Source: Candidatus Latescibacterota bacterium (GTDB lineage Bacteria > Krumholzibacteriota > Krumholzibacteriia > WVZY01 > JAKEHA01). From it: DNA of 64,000 nt. The notes beneath the pieces were generated by a model. That model saw only the letters and a program-made list of their open reading frames with translations. It was not told where the DNA came from and made no database searches. Both the position numbers and the translations under genes were made by a program. The stretch is from contig OY970173.1 in the NCBI GenBank assembly GCA_963707635.1, positions 3,040,001 to 3,104,000 of the forward strand, read 5' to 3'. This document shows, piece after piece, positions 28,288-37,961 of the stretch. The first letter of the stretch is position 1. Each line of letters starts with the position of its first letter.

Positions 28288-31200
28288 TCACTTCACCAGC
28301 ACGATTTTTTGCCGCTGCACGACTCCGGCCGCTTCGAACTGAACGTAGTATACGCCGCTGGCGACACGCGCGCCCCGGTCGTCGCGGCCGTCCCACGGCA
28401 CGGCGTGGGTTCCGGTGGCTCGATTCTCATCCACCAGCGCGCGCACCCGCGCGCCGCGCACATCGTACACGAACAGACGGACACGGCCCGCCTCGGGCAG
28501 ATCGAAGCCCAGCGTCGTCGACTGCGTGAACGGGCTCGGAAACGCGGGCCGGAGCGCGGCGGCCGCCGGGGGAGTGTCGTTCACGCCCGTGGGTCCTCCG
28601 GAGATACCGAGTGTGAGCGTGTAATTGCCCGTCTGATCCTGGCCGGCGTCCTCGACCACGATCGTATAGAACCCGTTGGCGCTGAGTAGCTGGTTGACGT
28701 TGTCGCTCGACGTCGAGGCGATCCACGGCCCCCCGCTGGGCGAGTACAGCCAGACCTGCGTGTCCATCGCTCCGGACGTAACGGTGGCAGTGATGTTGGC
28801 GGTCTGGCCGCTCTGCCCGAAAAACGTGTAGCCGTCCAGGTCGGCGACGGCGATGGCGGAGCCGTTGACGGGCGTATTCAGGCTGATGGGCCCGCCGTCG
28901 GTTTCGGCGCCGGTGGTGTAGGGACCGAACGACGAGTTCAAGAACGAAACGCTGTAGTCGCCCGCGGTGTCGTTCCCGTTGTCTTCGATCGCGATCGTCC
29001 ATGTGCCCGATGACGTCACCTGGTAGTCGAGCCGGTCCCCGGTCGCGTAGGTCGCAAGCGCGCCGCCCAGCGGCGGATACAGATAGATGGTCGTGTTGAA
29101 CCCGACGCCCCCGGTCGCAATGGCGCTGACGATCACCCGGCTGCCGTTGGTCGCCTGGAACTGGTAGGCATCGATGTCGGCCACGCCGCTCATCGTCCCC
29201 GTGCGGATGTCGTTCGATGCGATCGCGCCACCGTTGGCGTCGCTTCCGTCGGTGAGGGGGCCGCTGGTGGCGTTCACGAACGAAAGCGTGTACGTCCCCG
29301 TGTTGTCGTTGCCCGAGTCCTCGATCACGATCGTGTAGACTCCTGTCGTCAGGAGTTTCACGTCGAACCGGTTCGTTGAGCTGTACGCCTCGTACGCGCC
29401 CCCGCCTTGCGGGTACACCGACATGAGGGTATTGTGCGCGCCCGCGCCCGTCTCCACGCCCACCACGATCACCCGCTGGTTCGCCGATGCGTTGAACGTG
29501 TACGCGTCGAAGTCCACCCCCTGCTGGAATTGACCCGTCTTGATCTGATTCGAGAGAATCGACCCACCGTCCATGTCTCCCACATTGGTGCGCGGCCCCG
29601 ACGTCACATTCAACAAGGACATCGAGTAGTTCCCCGGGGTGTCGGTCGCGTTGTCCTCGATCAGGATCGACCACGTCCCCGTCGCCGTCAGCTGCACGTC
29701 CAGCCGGTCCCCCGTCGCGTACGTCAGGTACGCTCCCCCGCTGGGCGGATACAGAAAGATCGTCGTGTTGAACCCCGCGCCCCCCGTCGCCACCGCGTCG
29801 ATCAACACCCGGTTCCCGTTCGTCCCCGCAAACGTGAACACATCCATGTCCCCCACCCCGCTCATCGTCCCCGTCTTCACATCCGCCGAGACCATCGCTC
29901 CCCCGTCCAGGTCCCCACCGTCCGTGTACGGACCCGTCGTCACATCCACCATCGAGAGCGTGTACGTCCCCGCGTTGTCGTTGCCCACGTCCTCCACCAC
30001 GATCGTATACGTCCCCGTCTGCAACAGCTGCACGTCGAAATTGTTCGTCGAGCTGTACGCCTCGTACACACCCCCGCCCGGCGGATACACCGACATGAGG
30101 GTGTTGTGTCCCCCACCTCCCGTCTCCACCCCCGCAAACACCAGCCGGTGCCCCGCCGTCCCCGCGAACGTGAACGCGTCGAAGTCCACCCCCTGCTGGA
30201 ACTGACCCGTCACGATCTGGTTCGACACGATCACAGCCCCGTCCGTGTCACTCCCGTTCTCGTGCGGCCCCGACGTCACATTCAACAAGGACATCGAGTA
30301 GTCCCCCGGGGTGTCGGTCGCGTTGTCCTCGATCAGGATCGACCACGTCCCCGTCGCCGTCAGCTGCACGTCCAGCCGGTCCCCCGTCGCGTACGTCAGG
30401 TACGCTCCCCCGCTGGGCGGGTACAGAAAGATCGTCGTGTTGAACCCCGCGCCCCCCGTCGCCACCGCATCGATCAACACCCGGTTCCCGTTCGTCCCCG
30501 CAAACGTGAACACATCCATGTCCCCCACCCCGCTCATCGTCCCCGTCTTCACATCCGCCGAGACCATCGCTCCCCCGTCCAGGTCCCCACCGTCCGTGTA
30601 CGGACCCGTCGTCACATCCACCATCGAGAGCGTGTACGTCCCCGCGTTGTCGTTGCTCACGTCCTCCACCACAATCGTATACGTCCCCGTCTGCAACAGC
30701 TGCACGTCGAAATTGTTCGTCGAGCTGTACGCCTCGTACGCACCCCCGCCCGGCGGATACACCGACATGAGCGTGTTGTGTCCCCCGCCTCCCGTCTCCA
30801 CCCCCGCAAACACCAGCCGGTGACCCGCCGTCCCCGCGAACGTGAACGCGTCGAAGTCCACTCCCTGCTGGAACTGCCCCGCCACGATCTGGTTCGATAT
30901 GACCAACGCCCCGTCCGTGTCACTCCCGTTCTCGTGCGGCCCCGAGGTCACGTTCAAAAGCGACATCGAGTAGTCCCCGGGCGTATCGGTCGCGTTGTCC
31001 TCGATCAGGATCGACCACGTCCCCGTCGCCGTCAGCTGCACGTCCAACCGGTCCCCCGTCGCGTACGTCAGGTACGCACCCCCGCTGGGCGGGTACAAAA
31101 AGATCGTCGTGTTGAACCCCGCGCCCCCCGTCGCCACCGCATCGATCAACACCCGGTTCCCGTTCGTCCCCGCAAACGTGAACACGTCCATGTCCCCCAC

Positions 31201-32994
31201 CCCGCTCATCGTCCCCGTCTTCACGTCCGCCGAGGTCATCGCCCCGCCGTCCAGGTCTCCACCGTCCGTGTACGGGCCCGTCGTCACGTCCATCATCGAC
31301 AAGGTGTACGTCCCCGCGTTGTCGTTGCTCACGTCCTCCACCACAATCGTATACATCCCCGTCTGCGCCAGCTGCACATCGAACTGGTTCGTCGTGTTGT
31401 ACGACTCGTACACTCCCCCGCCCGGCGGATACACCGACATGAGCGTATTGTGGACTCCGCCTCCCGTCTCCACCCCCGCAAACACCAGCCGGTGACCCGC
31501 CGTCCCCGCGAACGTGAACGCATCGAAGTCCACCCCCTGCTGGAACTGCCCCGTCACGATCTGGTTCGACACGATCACAGCCCCGTCCGTGTCACTCCCG
31601 TTCTCGTGCGGCCCCGAGGTCACATTCAAGAGCGACATCGAGTAGTCCCCCGGCGTGTCGTTCGCGTTGTCCTCGATCAGGATCGTCCACGTCCCCGTCG
31701 CCGTCAGCTGCACGTCCAACCGGTCCCCCGTCGCGTACGTCAGGTACGCACCCCCGCTGGGCGGGTACAGAAAGATCGTCGTGTTGAACCCCGCTCCCCC
31801 CGTCGCCACCGCGTCGATCAACACCCGGTTCCCGTTCGTCCCCGCAAACGTGAACACATCCATGTCCCCCACCCCGCTCATCGTCCCCGTCTTCACATCC
31901 GCCGACACGATCGCTCCCCCATCCAGGTCCCCACCGTCCGTGTACGGTCCCGTCGTCACATCCACCATCGAGAGCGTGTATGTCCCCGCGTTGTCGTTGC
32001 CCACGTCCTCGATCACCAGCGTGTACGTCCCCGTCTGCGCCAGCTGCACGTCGAACTGGTTCGCCGAGTTGTACGACTCGTACACACCCCCGCCCGGCGG
32101 ATACACCGACATGAGGGTGTTGTGTCCCCCACCTCCCGTTTCCACCCCCGCAAACACCAGCCGGTGCCCCGCCGTCCCCGCGAACGTGAACGCGTCGAAG
32201 TCCACCCCCTGCTGGAACTGACCCGTCACGATCTGGTTCGACACGATCACAGCCCCGTCCGTGTCGCTCCCGTTCTCGTGCGGCCCCGAGGTCACGTTCA
32301 AAAGCGACATCGAGTAGTCCCCCGGCGTGTCGTTCGCGTTGTCCTCGATCACGATCGTCCACGTCCCCGTCGCCGTCAGCTGCACGTCCAGCCGGTCCCC
32401 CGTCGTGTACGTCAGGTACGCCCCCCCACTGGGTGGATACAGAAAGACCGTCGTGTTGAACCCCGCTCCCCCCGTCGCCACCGCGTCGATCAGCACCCGG
32501 TTCCCGTTCGTCCCCGCAAACGTGAACGCATCGATGTCCGCGGCTCCGCTCATCGTCCCCGTCTTCACATCCGCAGAGGTGATGGCGCCGCCGTCCAGAT
32601 CGCCGGCACTTGTCAGTGGCCCCGCCGTCACATTGAGAAACCCGAGCGCATAGTTCCCCGCGTCATTGAGCCCAACATCCTGGATTTCGATCGTGTAGCT
32701 GCCCGTCGCCACAAGCTGCCAGTCCATGAGGTCGGCGGATGTCGTCGCTTCGGTCCCGCCACCCGGGGCTTTCAAAACGATGTTCGTGTTCATCGCCCCG
32801 CTCGTGGTCACAGCGGAAATAATGATGCGCTGACCCGCCGTCCCCGCGAACGTCCACTGCTCGAGGTAGGTCGGGTTGGCAACGCTCCCAGCGACGGTCG
32901 AACCCGAGGTAATGGGGCCGCCGGCGCGGGCGCGTGGCGAGGCGAGAACGGTAGAGAGAACGAGGACGGGCAAGAGAATGGCTCGGGGGCTCAT
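28288..32994 (-). CDS. Large secreted protein: 13 PPC-like beta-sandwich repeats plus C-terminal FlgD-Ig domain
   Basis: Signal peptide; about 112-aa repeats (D.FTF.G..G...TGTYTI.ED); C-terminal PSPF...YDVRG...WDGRDDRG..VASGVY. Confidence 0.85.
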   Translation of the reverse strand: MSPRAILLPVLVLSTVLASPRARAGGPITSGSTVAGSVANPTYLEQWTFAGTAGQRIIISAVTTSGAMNTNIVLKAPGGGTEATTSADLMDWQLVATGSYTIEIQDVGLNDAGNYALGFLNVTAGPLTSAGDLDGGAITSADVKTGTMSGAADIDAFTFAGTNGNRVLIDAVATGGAGFNTTVFLYPPSGGAYLTYTTGDRLDVQLTATGTWTIVIEDNANDTPGDYSMSLLNVTSGPHENGSDTDGAVIVSNQIVTGQFQQGVDFDAFTFAGTAGHRLVFAGVETGGGGHNTLMSVYPPGGGVYESYNSANQFDVQLAQTGTYTLVIEDVGNDNAGTYTLSMVDVTTGPYTDGGDLDGGAIVSADVKTGTMSGVGDMDVFTFAGTNGNRVLIDAVATGGAGFNTTIFLYPPSGGAYLTYATGDRLDVQLTATGTWTILIEDNANDTPGDYSMSLLNVTSGPHENGSDTDGAVIVSNQIVTGQFQQGVDFDAFTFAGTAGHRLVFAGVETGGGVHNTLMSVYPPGGGVYESYNTTNQFDVQLAQTGMYTIVVEDVSNDNAGTYTLSMMDVTTGPYTDGGDLDGGAMTSADVKTGTMSGVGDMDVFTFAGTNGNRVLIDAVATGGAGFNTTIFLYPPSGGAYLTYATGDRLDVQLTATGTWSILIEDNATDTPGDYSMSLLNVTSGPHENGSDTDGALVISNQIVAGQFQQGVDFDAFTFAGTAGHRLVFAGVETGGGGHNTLMSVYPPGGGAYEAYSSTNNFDVQLLQTGTYTIVVEDVSNDNAGTYTLSMVDVTTGPYTDGGDLDGGAMVSADVKTGTMSGVGDMDVFTFAGTNGNRVLIDAVATGGAGFNTTIFLYPPSGGAYLTYATGDRLDVQLTATGTWSILIEDNATDTPGDYSMSLLNVTSGPHENGSDTDGAVIVSNQIVTGQFQQGVDFDAFTFAGTAGHRLVFAGVETGGGGHNTLMSVYPPGGGVYEAYSSTNNFDVQLLQTGTYTIVVEDVGNDNAGTYTLSMVDVTTGPYTDGGDLDGGAMVSADVKTGTMSGVGDMDVFTFAGTNGNRVLIDAVATGGAGFNTTIFLYPPSGGAYLTYATGDRLDVQLTATGTWSILIEDNATDTPGNYSMSLLNVTSGPRTNVGDMDGGSILSNQIKTGQFQQGVDFDAYTFNASANQRVIVVGVETGAGAHNTLMSVYPQGGGAYEAYSSTNRFDVKLLTTGVYTIVIEDSGNDNTGTYTLSFVNATSGPLTDGSDANGGAIASNDIRTGTMSGVADIDAYQFQATNGSRVIVSAIATGGVGFNTTIYLYPPLGGALATYATGDRLDYQVTSSGTWTIAIEDNGNDTAGDYSVSFLNSSFGPYTTGAETDGGPISLNTPVNGSAIAVADLDGYTFFGQSGQTANITATVTSGAMDTQVWLYSPSGGPWIASTSSDNVNQLLSANGFYTIVVEDAGQDQTGNYTLTLGISGGPTGVNDTPPAAAALRPAFPSPFTQSTTLGFDLPEAGRVRLFVYDVRGARVRALVDENRATGTHAVPWDGRDDRGARVASGVYYVQFEAAGVVQRQKIVLVK
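29500..32600. repeat. 672-bp intragenic tandem repeat (about 4.5 units)
   Basis: Near-identical blocks recur at 29639, 30311, about 30983, 31655 and 32327. Confidence 0.9.
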
Positions 32995-33133
32995 GGCAGG
33001 TGGCTCCTCCAAGAAGGTGTGTGAAGCCGCCATGATAGCAGCAACGGAACACGGTTTAACCGGGAAAGTGCGAGGCGGCTGGCGGCCGGTGCTCGAATCG
33101 GATTCGCGCGGCGTGGCGAGGCGTTTGCTGGCT

Positions 33134-33625
33134 TCAACCGGAGCGCGGCGGCCGCTCCATGCCGGGCGGGATTCGCACCGCGACCACCTCGCCGCGTGCC
33201 GTCACCACACCCGCGGCGGTGACCGTGATGTCCACAATGGCCTTGCGCTCGCTTCGCTCCCGTACGCGGCCCCGGATCTCCAGCTCGGGCCCGTGCGGGG
33301 TGGGCTTGAGGAACGTCACCTGCAGCGACGCCGTGACGTAGCGGGGCGCCGGACCGTCTCCGATTCTGCGGCCCGCCACTCGCTCCGCGTCCGCGGCAGC
33401 CGTCGCCATGGCGTGACAGTCGACCAGCGAGGCAATCAATCCCCCGTAGACGAAACCGGGCATCGCCACGTCGTTCGTCCGCGGCGTGAACCGCGCCACC
33501 GCGTCTTCGCCATCCACGAAACTCTTGAGACGGTGGCCGGCGGGGTTATGCCTTCCGCACCCGAAACAGTGCGCGAAATCGTCGGGGTAGAGGTCCTGAA
33601 TCGCGATGGGGTTCAAAGGCCGCAC
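33134..33625 (-). CDS. PaaI/hotdog thioesterase
   Basis: CFGCG..NP.G, YGGLIASLVDCH and VTASLQVTFLKPTP; start may be 33616. Confidence 0.88.
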   Translation of the reverse strand: MRPLNPIAIQDLYPDDFAHCFGCGRHNPAGHRLKSFVDGEDAVARFTPRTNDVAMPGFVYGGLIASLVDCHAMATAAADAERVAGRRIGDGPAPRYVTASLQVTFLKPTPHGPELEIRGRVRERSERKAIVDITVTAAGVVTARGEVVAVRIPPGMERPPRSG

Positions 33626-34242
33626 TCGCTCTCCCTTACACAGAGGCAGTAAACGAACTCCTGTTCCGTCCCCCAGGGGGTCCGGTGCCGCTCTTTGAGT
33701 TGCCCCTCGAGGCGGAATGCGTCGCCGAAGGCGGCGTGGAGTTCGTCGGCACTGTAACGCACCACCGGAAGACCGCTGCACTTCTCGGGCCCACCGGGCC
33801 CGAATGTGGCCAGCACCACGTAACCCCCCTTCCTGACCGCGCAGCAAACGCGCTCGAGATAGGCCTTGCGATCGGCTTCGGAGGTCAGGAAGTGAAAAAC
33901 CGCGCGGTCGTGCCAGAGGTCGAATGAGTCGCTCGGAAAGTCGAGGGTGGTGACATCGTCGACGACCCAGGTCACCTGGGCGGCGCGTTCACCCAGGCGC
34001 TTCTTCGCCGCGTCGATCGGCGCCTGCGCGATGTCAACGACGGTTACGTGACGAAAGCCGCGAACGACGAGGTCGTCGACCAGCGTCGAGGCGCCGCCAC
34101 CGATGTCGACGATGCGTGCCTCGGGGCCGACGCCGGTGAGGAGAATGAGATCCAGCGAGCGTTTGAGGTGAGGCTGGTACCAGCTGACATCCGTCTCACG
34201 CTTGGTCTGGTAAACGTGTTCCCAGTGGTTGCGTTTGGACAT
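33613..34242 (-). CDS. Class I SAM-dependent methyltransferase
   Basis: HWEHVY..K...VSW, DIGGGAS, WHDRAVFHFL and CSGLPV. Confidence 0.92.
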   Translation of the reverse strand: MSKRNHWEHVYQTKRETDVSWYQPHLKRSLDLILLTGVGPEARIVDIGGGASTLVDDLVVRGFRHVTVVDIAQAPIDAAKKRLGERAAQVTWVVDDVTTLDFPSDSFDLWHDRAVFHFLTSEADRKAYLERVCCAVRKGGYVVLATFGPGGPEKCSGLPVVRYSADELHAAFGDAFRLEGQLKERHRTPWGTEQEFVYCLCVRESECGL

Positions 34243-34308
34243 GGGTGGGCCCGACCTCTCATGGTTCGAAGAAATCATATCATTGATTGTCGCGGCACGG
34301 GACCGGTC

Positions 34309-34337
34309 TTGCAGTATTATATACAATATTGTATAAT
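34309..34337 (+). promoter_or_regulatory. sigma70 promoter overlapped by a 16-bp palindromic operator
   Basis: TTGCAG-N17-TATAAT; perfect palindrome TATACAATATTGTATA at 34320-34335. Confidence 0.8.
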
Positions 34338-34343
34338 GCAACC

Positions 34344-34385
34344 ATGGCCGACAAGCCGCTGGTTTGGGTCGGCTCGAAGGAGTAA
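34344..34385 (+). pseudogene. 13-aa remnant of a HigB/RelE (Gp49-like) toxin
   Basis: MADKPLVWVGSKE* resembles the KPL.W.GS N-terminus of this toxin family; lies between promoter and antitoxin. Confidence 0.7.
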
Positions 34386-34388
34386 GTC

Positions 34389-34685
34389 ATGGCCAAGGTA
34401 CGCCGCTCATCGGGAAACGTTTTTCGAGACCTTGGGTTCGACCGTGAAGAAGCGGACAACCTCAAGATTCGCGCCGACCTCATGATCGCGGCAACGAGAC
34501 TCATCGAGACCCGTGGGCTGACTCAAGCCCAGGCTGCAAAACTGTTCGGTGTCACGCAGCCTCGTATCAGCAACCTCACCAACGGCAAGATCGACCGCTT
34601 CAGCATCGATGGGCTCGTGGAGATGCTGGGTAGGGCCGGCATCAGAGTCTCGATCGTGTTGAGTCGTAAACGCAAAGCAGCCTAG
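34389..34685 (+). CDS. HigA-like XRE HTH antitoxin
   Basis: SSGNVFRDLGF, LTQAQAAKLFGVTQPRISNL and FSIDGL. Confidence 0.88.
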   Translation: MAKVRRSSGNVFRDLGFDREEADNLKIRADLMIAATRLIETRGLTQAQAAKLFGVTQPRISNLTNGKIDRFSIDGLVEMLGRAGIRVSIVLSRKRKAA

Positions 34686-34692
34686 GCGTCGA

Positions 34693-35883
34693 TCATCTCG
34701 TCAAGTCTCCCGGCCTGTTCCGCGTCGAAGCAACATCCGCCGATCGTGGCTCCAGGACGACATCGTAACTCGGTCTCCGCGAGCCGTCGGAGAACTCCAC
34801 ACCATCCCGGCTCATCCACATGCGTCGGCCTTCGTGTTCTGTCAACGTGTATCCGCAGCAGAGTCCCGCGATACCGCAGTCCGTCAGCGTGCGAAGCTCT
34901 CCACCGTCGTAAGCTCCATCGGAATCGAGATCGTTCCAGAGCTTGAGGCCGCGCAGTTCATGGCCGCGAAGCCACCCGTCGCCGTTGTCGTCGAGGGCAG
35001 CTAGGGCCTCGTAGCCATTTTTCCAGAATACCCAGAAGGTCACGTTGCCAAACAGGTCGCGGCCGGACCTGATGTCACCCAGGTCGCCATAGTCATGCAC
35101 GAGCCAGGCTGCCGCCGGGTCGATCCACGTCCAGCGCTGGTCTCTGCCTGAGCCGTCGACATCGAACGGCACGTCGAGATCATCACGCAGGATGTCGGCA
35201 ATTTCCCGGCCATCGCCCAGCGGGATGGCGATCGGCGTAACCCATGTCAGCCAGCTTTCCAACTCTTTGAGCTGCGCGCGACGCGTCGCAACCTCGTTCG
35301 AGTCTGAAACAGGATCCAGGAGATTGATCAAGTAGTGAAGTGCTTCAGCGAAGATGGCCTTCCTACCTGGGTCTTCGGTTTTCTTGAACTCCTTGTCAAT
35401 GAGATCGCGGTAGATCTCCATTGCTTCGCGCTTCTTCCCCGCCTGCTCAAGACACCAGCCGTAGCCGAGCGAGATATCGACTCTCTCCGGCGCCAACGTG
35501 TGGGCGGTCTCGTACCACTTGATGGCTTCCTCGAGGTGCTCCCTGGCAGTTGTCACCTTCTCCTTGCCTTCGGGAGTGACGACGCGCGAGTGCACCACCG
35601 GAGGCTCTTCGGTGAAGTAGTGCTCTTGCTCTTCATTGTTGACGAAGACTTCAACGCTATCGATTCCCTGCGCATAGGCCATCCCGTGCAAGCGGCCAAG
35701 CCTCCACGCAAGGTCGGGATCCCTGGGCTTCGCCTCAACCTGCCGTTCGAGGTTGGCGATCATGCGGGCAATCGGAACCTTCCTGGTTTCGAGCGTGAAG
35801 TACATCGCGGTCGACATGACCGGTATCAGCCCGAGGAGGGCAGCAAAGGTGTAAACAACCCGCACGACCCGGGGCATTCCCAT
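34693..35883 (-). CDS. Exported TPR protein with C-terminal Ca-binding DxDGxG-type domain
   Basis: Signal-like N-terminus, TPR helices, FDVDGSG, SGRDLFG, ALDDNGDG and DLDSDG; lower GC than flanks; start uncertain. Confidence 0.7.
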   Translation of the reverse strand: MGMPRVVRVVYTFAALLGLIPVMSTAMYFTLETRKVPIARMIANLERQVEAKPRDPDLAWRLGRLHGMAYAQGIDSVEVFVNNEEQEHYFTEEPPVVHSRVVTPEGKEKVTTAREHLEEAIKWYETAHTLAPERVDISLGYGWCLEQAGKKREAMEIYRDLIDKEFKKTEDPGRKAIFAEALHYLINLLDPVSDSNEVATRRAQLKELESWLTWVTPIAIPLGDGREIADILRDDLDVPFDVDGSGRDQRWTWIDPAAAWLVHDYGDLGDIRSGRDLFGNVTFWVFWKNGYEALAALDDNGDGWLRGHELRGLKLWNDLDSDGAYDGGELRTLTDCGIAGLCCGYTLTEHEGRRMWMSRDGVEFSDGSRRPSYDVVLEPRSADVASTRNRPGDLTR

Positions 35884-35902
35884 GCGCACATACACGACCG
35901 GA

Positions 35903-36940
35903 CTAGTGTTTCCCATCGACCTTCGTCTCCTCAAACGCGCTCCCCACCACCGACCTCACAAAGAAGGCGTCAAAAAGATACCGCATCATCTTGTTGTCTC
36001 CCGCCATCATGCTGCGGAAGTCTCCCGCGTTCACGCCAGCCCGCGCCTGGTCGAGCGTCTCGCCGCGGGCGACGGCGGCCATCGTCTGCTCCTGTATTGC
36101 CATGAGCACGCTACGCAACACGCGAATCTGGGTGTCGTCGTGAAGCGCCTCTCCATGCCCCGGCACGACCATGCGAGGCTTGAGCGCCAGGAGTGAATCC
36201 AACGCCCCGATCCATCCCTTCACGTTGCAGCCGTAGGCAAACGGGAGCGGGTTGTCCACCAGATCGCCCGCCACCAACACGCCTTCCTTCGGAAGATAGA
36301 CCACGGCATCGCCGCGGGTGACCGCGGGGCCGAAGAACCGAAGCTCGATTTCCCGATTCCCCCGCATGATCGTCATGCGGTCTTCGAAGGTCTTCGTCGG
36401 CAGCGTGAGATGGAACTCCGGCATGTCGTTCAAGTACTCCTGTGCGATCGCGATCGTGCTCTCGTAGGCGGCCGCCTCGTCCTCGCTCATCGGGGTCCCG
36501 TCGAGACTCGTCTGCTTCGCGATGGCGTCCCGGAACATCGCGATCGCATCGGGGCCGCCCGCGACCTGCCCGGCGCGGTTCTCGACACCGACCGTCTCCA
36601 TGTCGGCCTTCGTGTTCGCATGCGAGATGATCTCTACCTGCGGGAAGGCTTCGCGATAGACCTGATTACCAAAGGTGTGGTCGTCATGCCAGTGCGTATT
36701 GATGACCACGCTGACCGGCTTGTCGGTGATCTCGCGGAGCGCAACCAGCACCGCGCGCGTGCGATGGAGCGTGAACTGCGTGTCGACCACGATGACGTTG
36801 TCCTCGCCCACGATGAAGACGGCGTTCGAGTGGTTGGCAAGACCGAGGGGGTCGTTGCTGACGACGGCGTAGACGCCGGGAGCGAGAGTTTCGACGTGGA
36901 AGAGGCGGACGAAACTCGTGGCCGCGGCCGGTGACGCCAT
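35903..36940 (-). CDS. MBL-fold metallo-hydrolase (probably exported; true start may be upstream)
   Basis: VINTHWHDDHTFGN, AGDL and PGHG. Confidence 0.88.
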   Translation of the reverse strand: MASPAAATSFVRLFHVETLAPGVYAVVSNDPLGLANHSNAVFIVGEDNVIVVDTQFTLHRTRAVLVALREITDKPVSVVINTHWHDDHTFGNQVYREAFPQVEIISHANTKADMETVGVENRAGQVAGGPDAIAMFRDAIAKQTSLDGTPMSEDEAAAYESTIAIAQEYLNDMPEFHLTLPTKTFEDRMTIMRGNREIELRFFGPAVTRGDAVVYLPKEGVLVAGDLVDNPLPFAYGCNVKGWIGALDSLLALKPRMVVPGHGEALHDDTQIRVLRSVLMAIQEQTMAAVARGETLDQARAGVNAGDFRSMMAGDNKMMRYLFDAFFVRSVVGSAFEETKVDGKH

Positions 36941-37006
36941 GAGGGCGATCGTTACTGCCGCGATGATGCGTGTGACTCGATTGATGGTGACCCCGGTTCC
37001 TGACAG

Positions 37007-37507
37007 CTATGCTTTCTTCGCCGCCTGCCGCGCGCGCCGCAGGTGATTCAAGTAGGCGAGCGGATGGTACGACGCCCCGATCACGAACGAAGCGATCGCC
37101 GTCCCCGGCGAGACCTTGCCAGTTGATAGGAAGTGCGCATACCCGTAGACCGCCATCGGCACGTAGAACAGTGTGCCCGTGACCATGCCGGGCGAATACC
37201 GCCGGGTCTGCCACGCCCCGATCAGATGGAACACCGCGTTCGAGAACAGCAGGGTGGCGACCGCCAGCCAGGCCGCGAGGGCAAATGGAGTCTGCCCGGC
37301 CAGCGCCACGTTCGCGCACAGGGCGAGCAACGCGACATTGATCCACACCGCGAAGCGGGTCGTGAAGCTGGCCGCAATCGCCGGCCGGTAGGCCCGGTAC
37401 CAGTCCGAGAACCCGCCCGGGAAGCCGAACTCCTCGGTGATGTGAAGAACCGCTGCCCCAAACAATGACCAGGCCAGCAACATATCGCTCCGCTCCTGTG
37501 GACTCAT
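37007..37507 (-). CDS. HXXEE domain membrane protein
   Basis: LHITEEF, NAVFH and YSPGMVT. Confidence 0.85.
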   Translation of the reverse strand: MSPQERSDMLLAWSLFGAAVLHITEEFGFPGGFSDWYRAYRPAIAASFTTRFAVWINVALLALCANVALAGQTPFALAAWLAVATLLFSNAVFHLIGAWQTRRYSPGMVTGTLFYVPMAVYGYAHFLSTGKVSPGTAIASFVIGASYHPLAYLNHLRRARQAAKKA

Positions 37508-37596
37508 CGTAGACCGATGCAGGCCGGGAATCCATGACGAACCTGTGAGGAGGCCGGCCCAATCCGGCGTGGCAAGCAGGAGACTACTGGCGTAAG

Positions 37597-37956
37597 ATGA
37601 TGGCCATGAGCATCGGGGACAGCCAGATCTCCCCCCCGAGCGGCGGCATCGTCGACCGGATCAAGAGCTACGTGGCCAGGGCCATCGGGACCACGCGCAC
37701 GCGCGTCGATGCCTTCTCGGCCGACGTCGAGCATCGCGTCCTGCGCCTGGTGGGCATGATCATCTGGACGCTGGTGGCGTTCATTTGTCTATCGCTGGGC
37801 TTGCTCTTCGCGGTGCTGACGATCATGTTCGGCTTCGATCTTCCGCCGAAGTATGTCTTCGGCATCCCCGCGATCATCTTTCTCGCAACCGGGCTTCTCG
37901 GGCTCGTCATGTTCAAGCACAAGAAGGCTTCCAAACCGCCGTCGCGGCAGGGCTAG
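37597..37956 (+). CDS. YqjE/holin-like two-TM membrane protein
   Basis: TRVDAFSADVE followed by two TM helices; start 37597-37606 uncertain. Confidence 0.65.
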   Translation: MMAMSIGDSQISPPSGGIVDRIKSYVARAIGTTRTRVDAFSADVEHRVLRLVGMIIWTLVAFICLSLGLLFAVLTIMFGFDLPPKYVFGIPAIIFLATGLLGLVMFKHKKASKPPSRQG

Positions 37957-37961
37957 TGCGT

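Noticed and set aside
29500..32600. Possible CRISPR array or DGR template/variable repeat
   Set aside because: Repeats are 672-bp in-frame coding units without spacers; no cas or reverse transcriptase gene; differences do not appear adenine-specific.
29407..33024. 1205-aa + strand ORF and the many other long Arg/Pro-rich ORFs in the track
   Set aside because: Antisense or alternate-frame shadows of real genes in high-GC DNA; no motifs and abnormal composition.
37597..37956. Prophage holin
   Set aside because: YqjE-like cellular membrane protein; no phage genes nearby.
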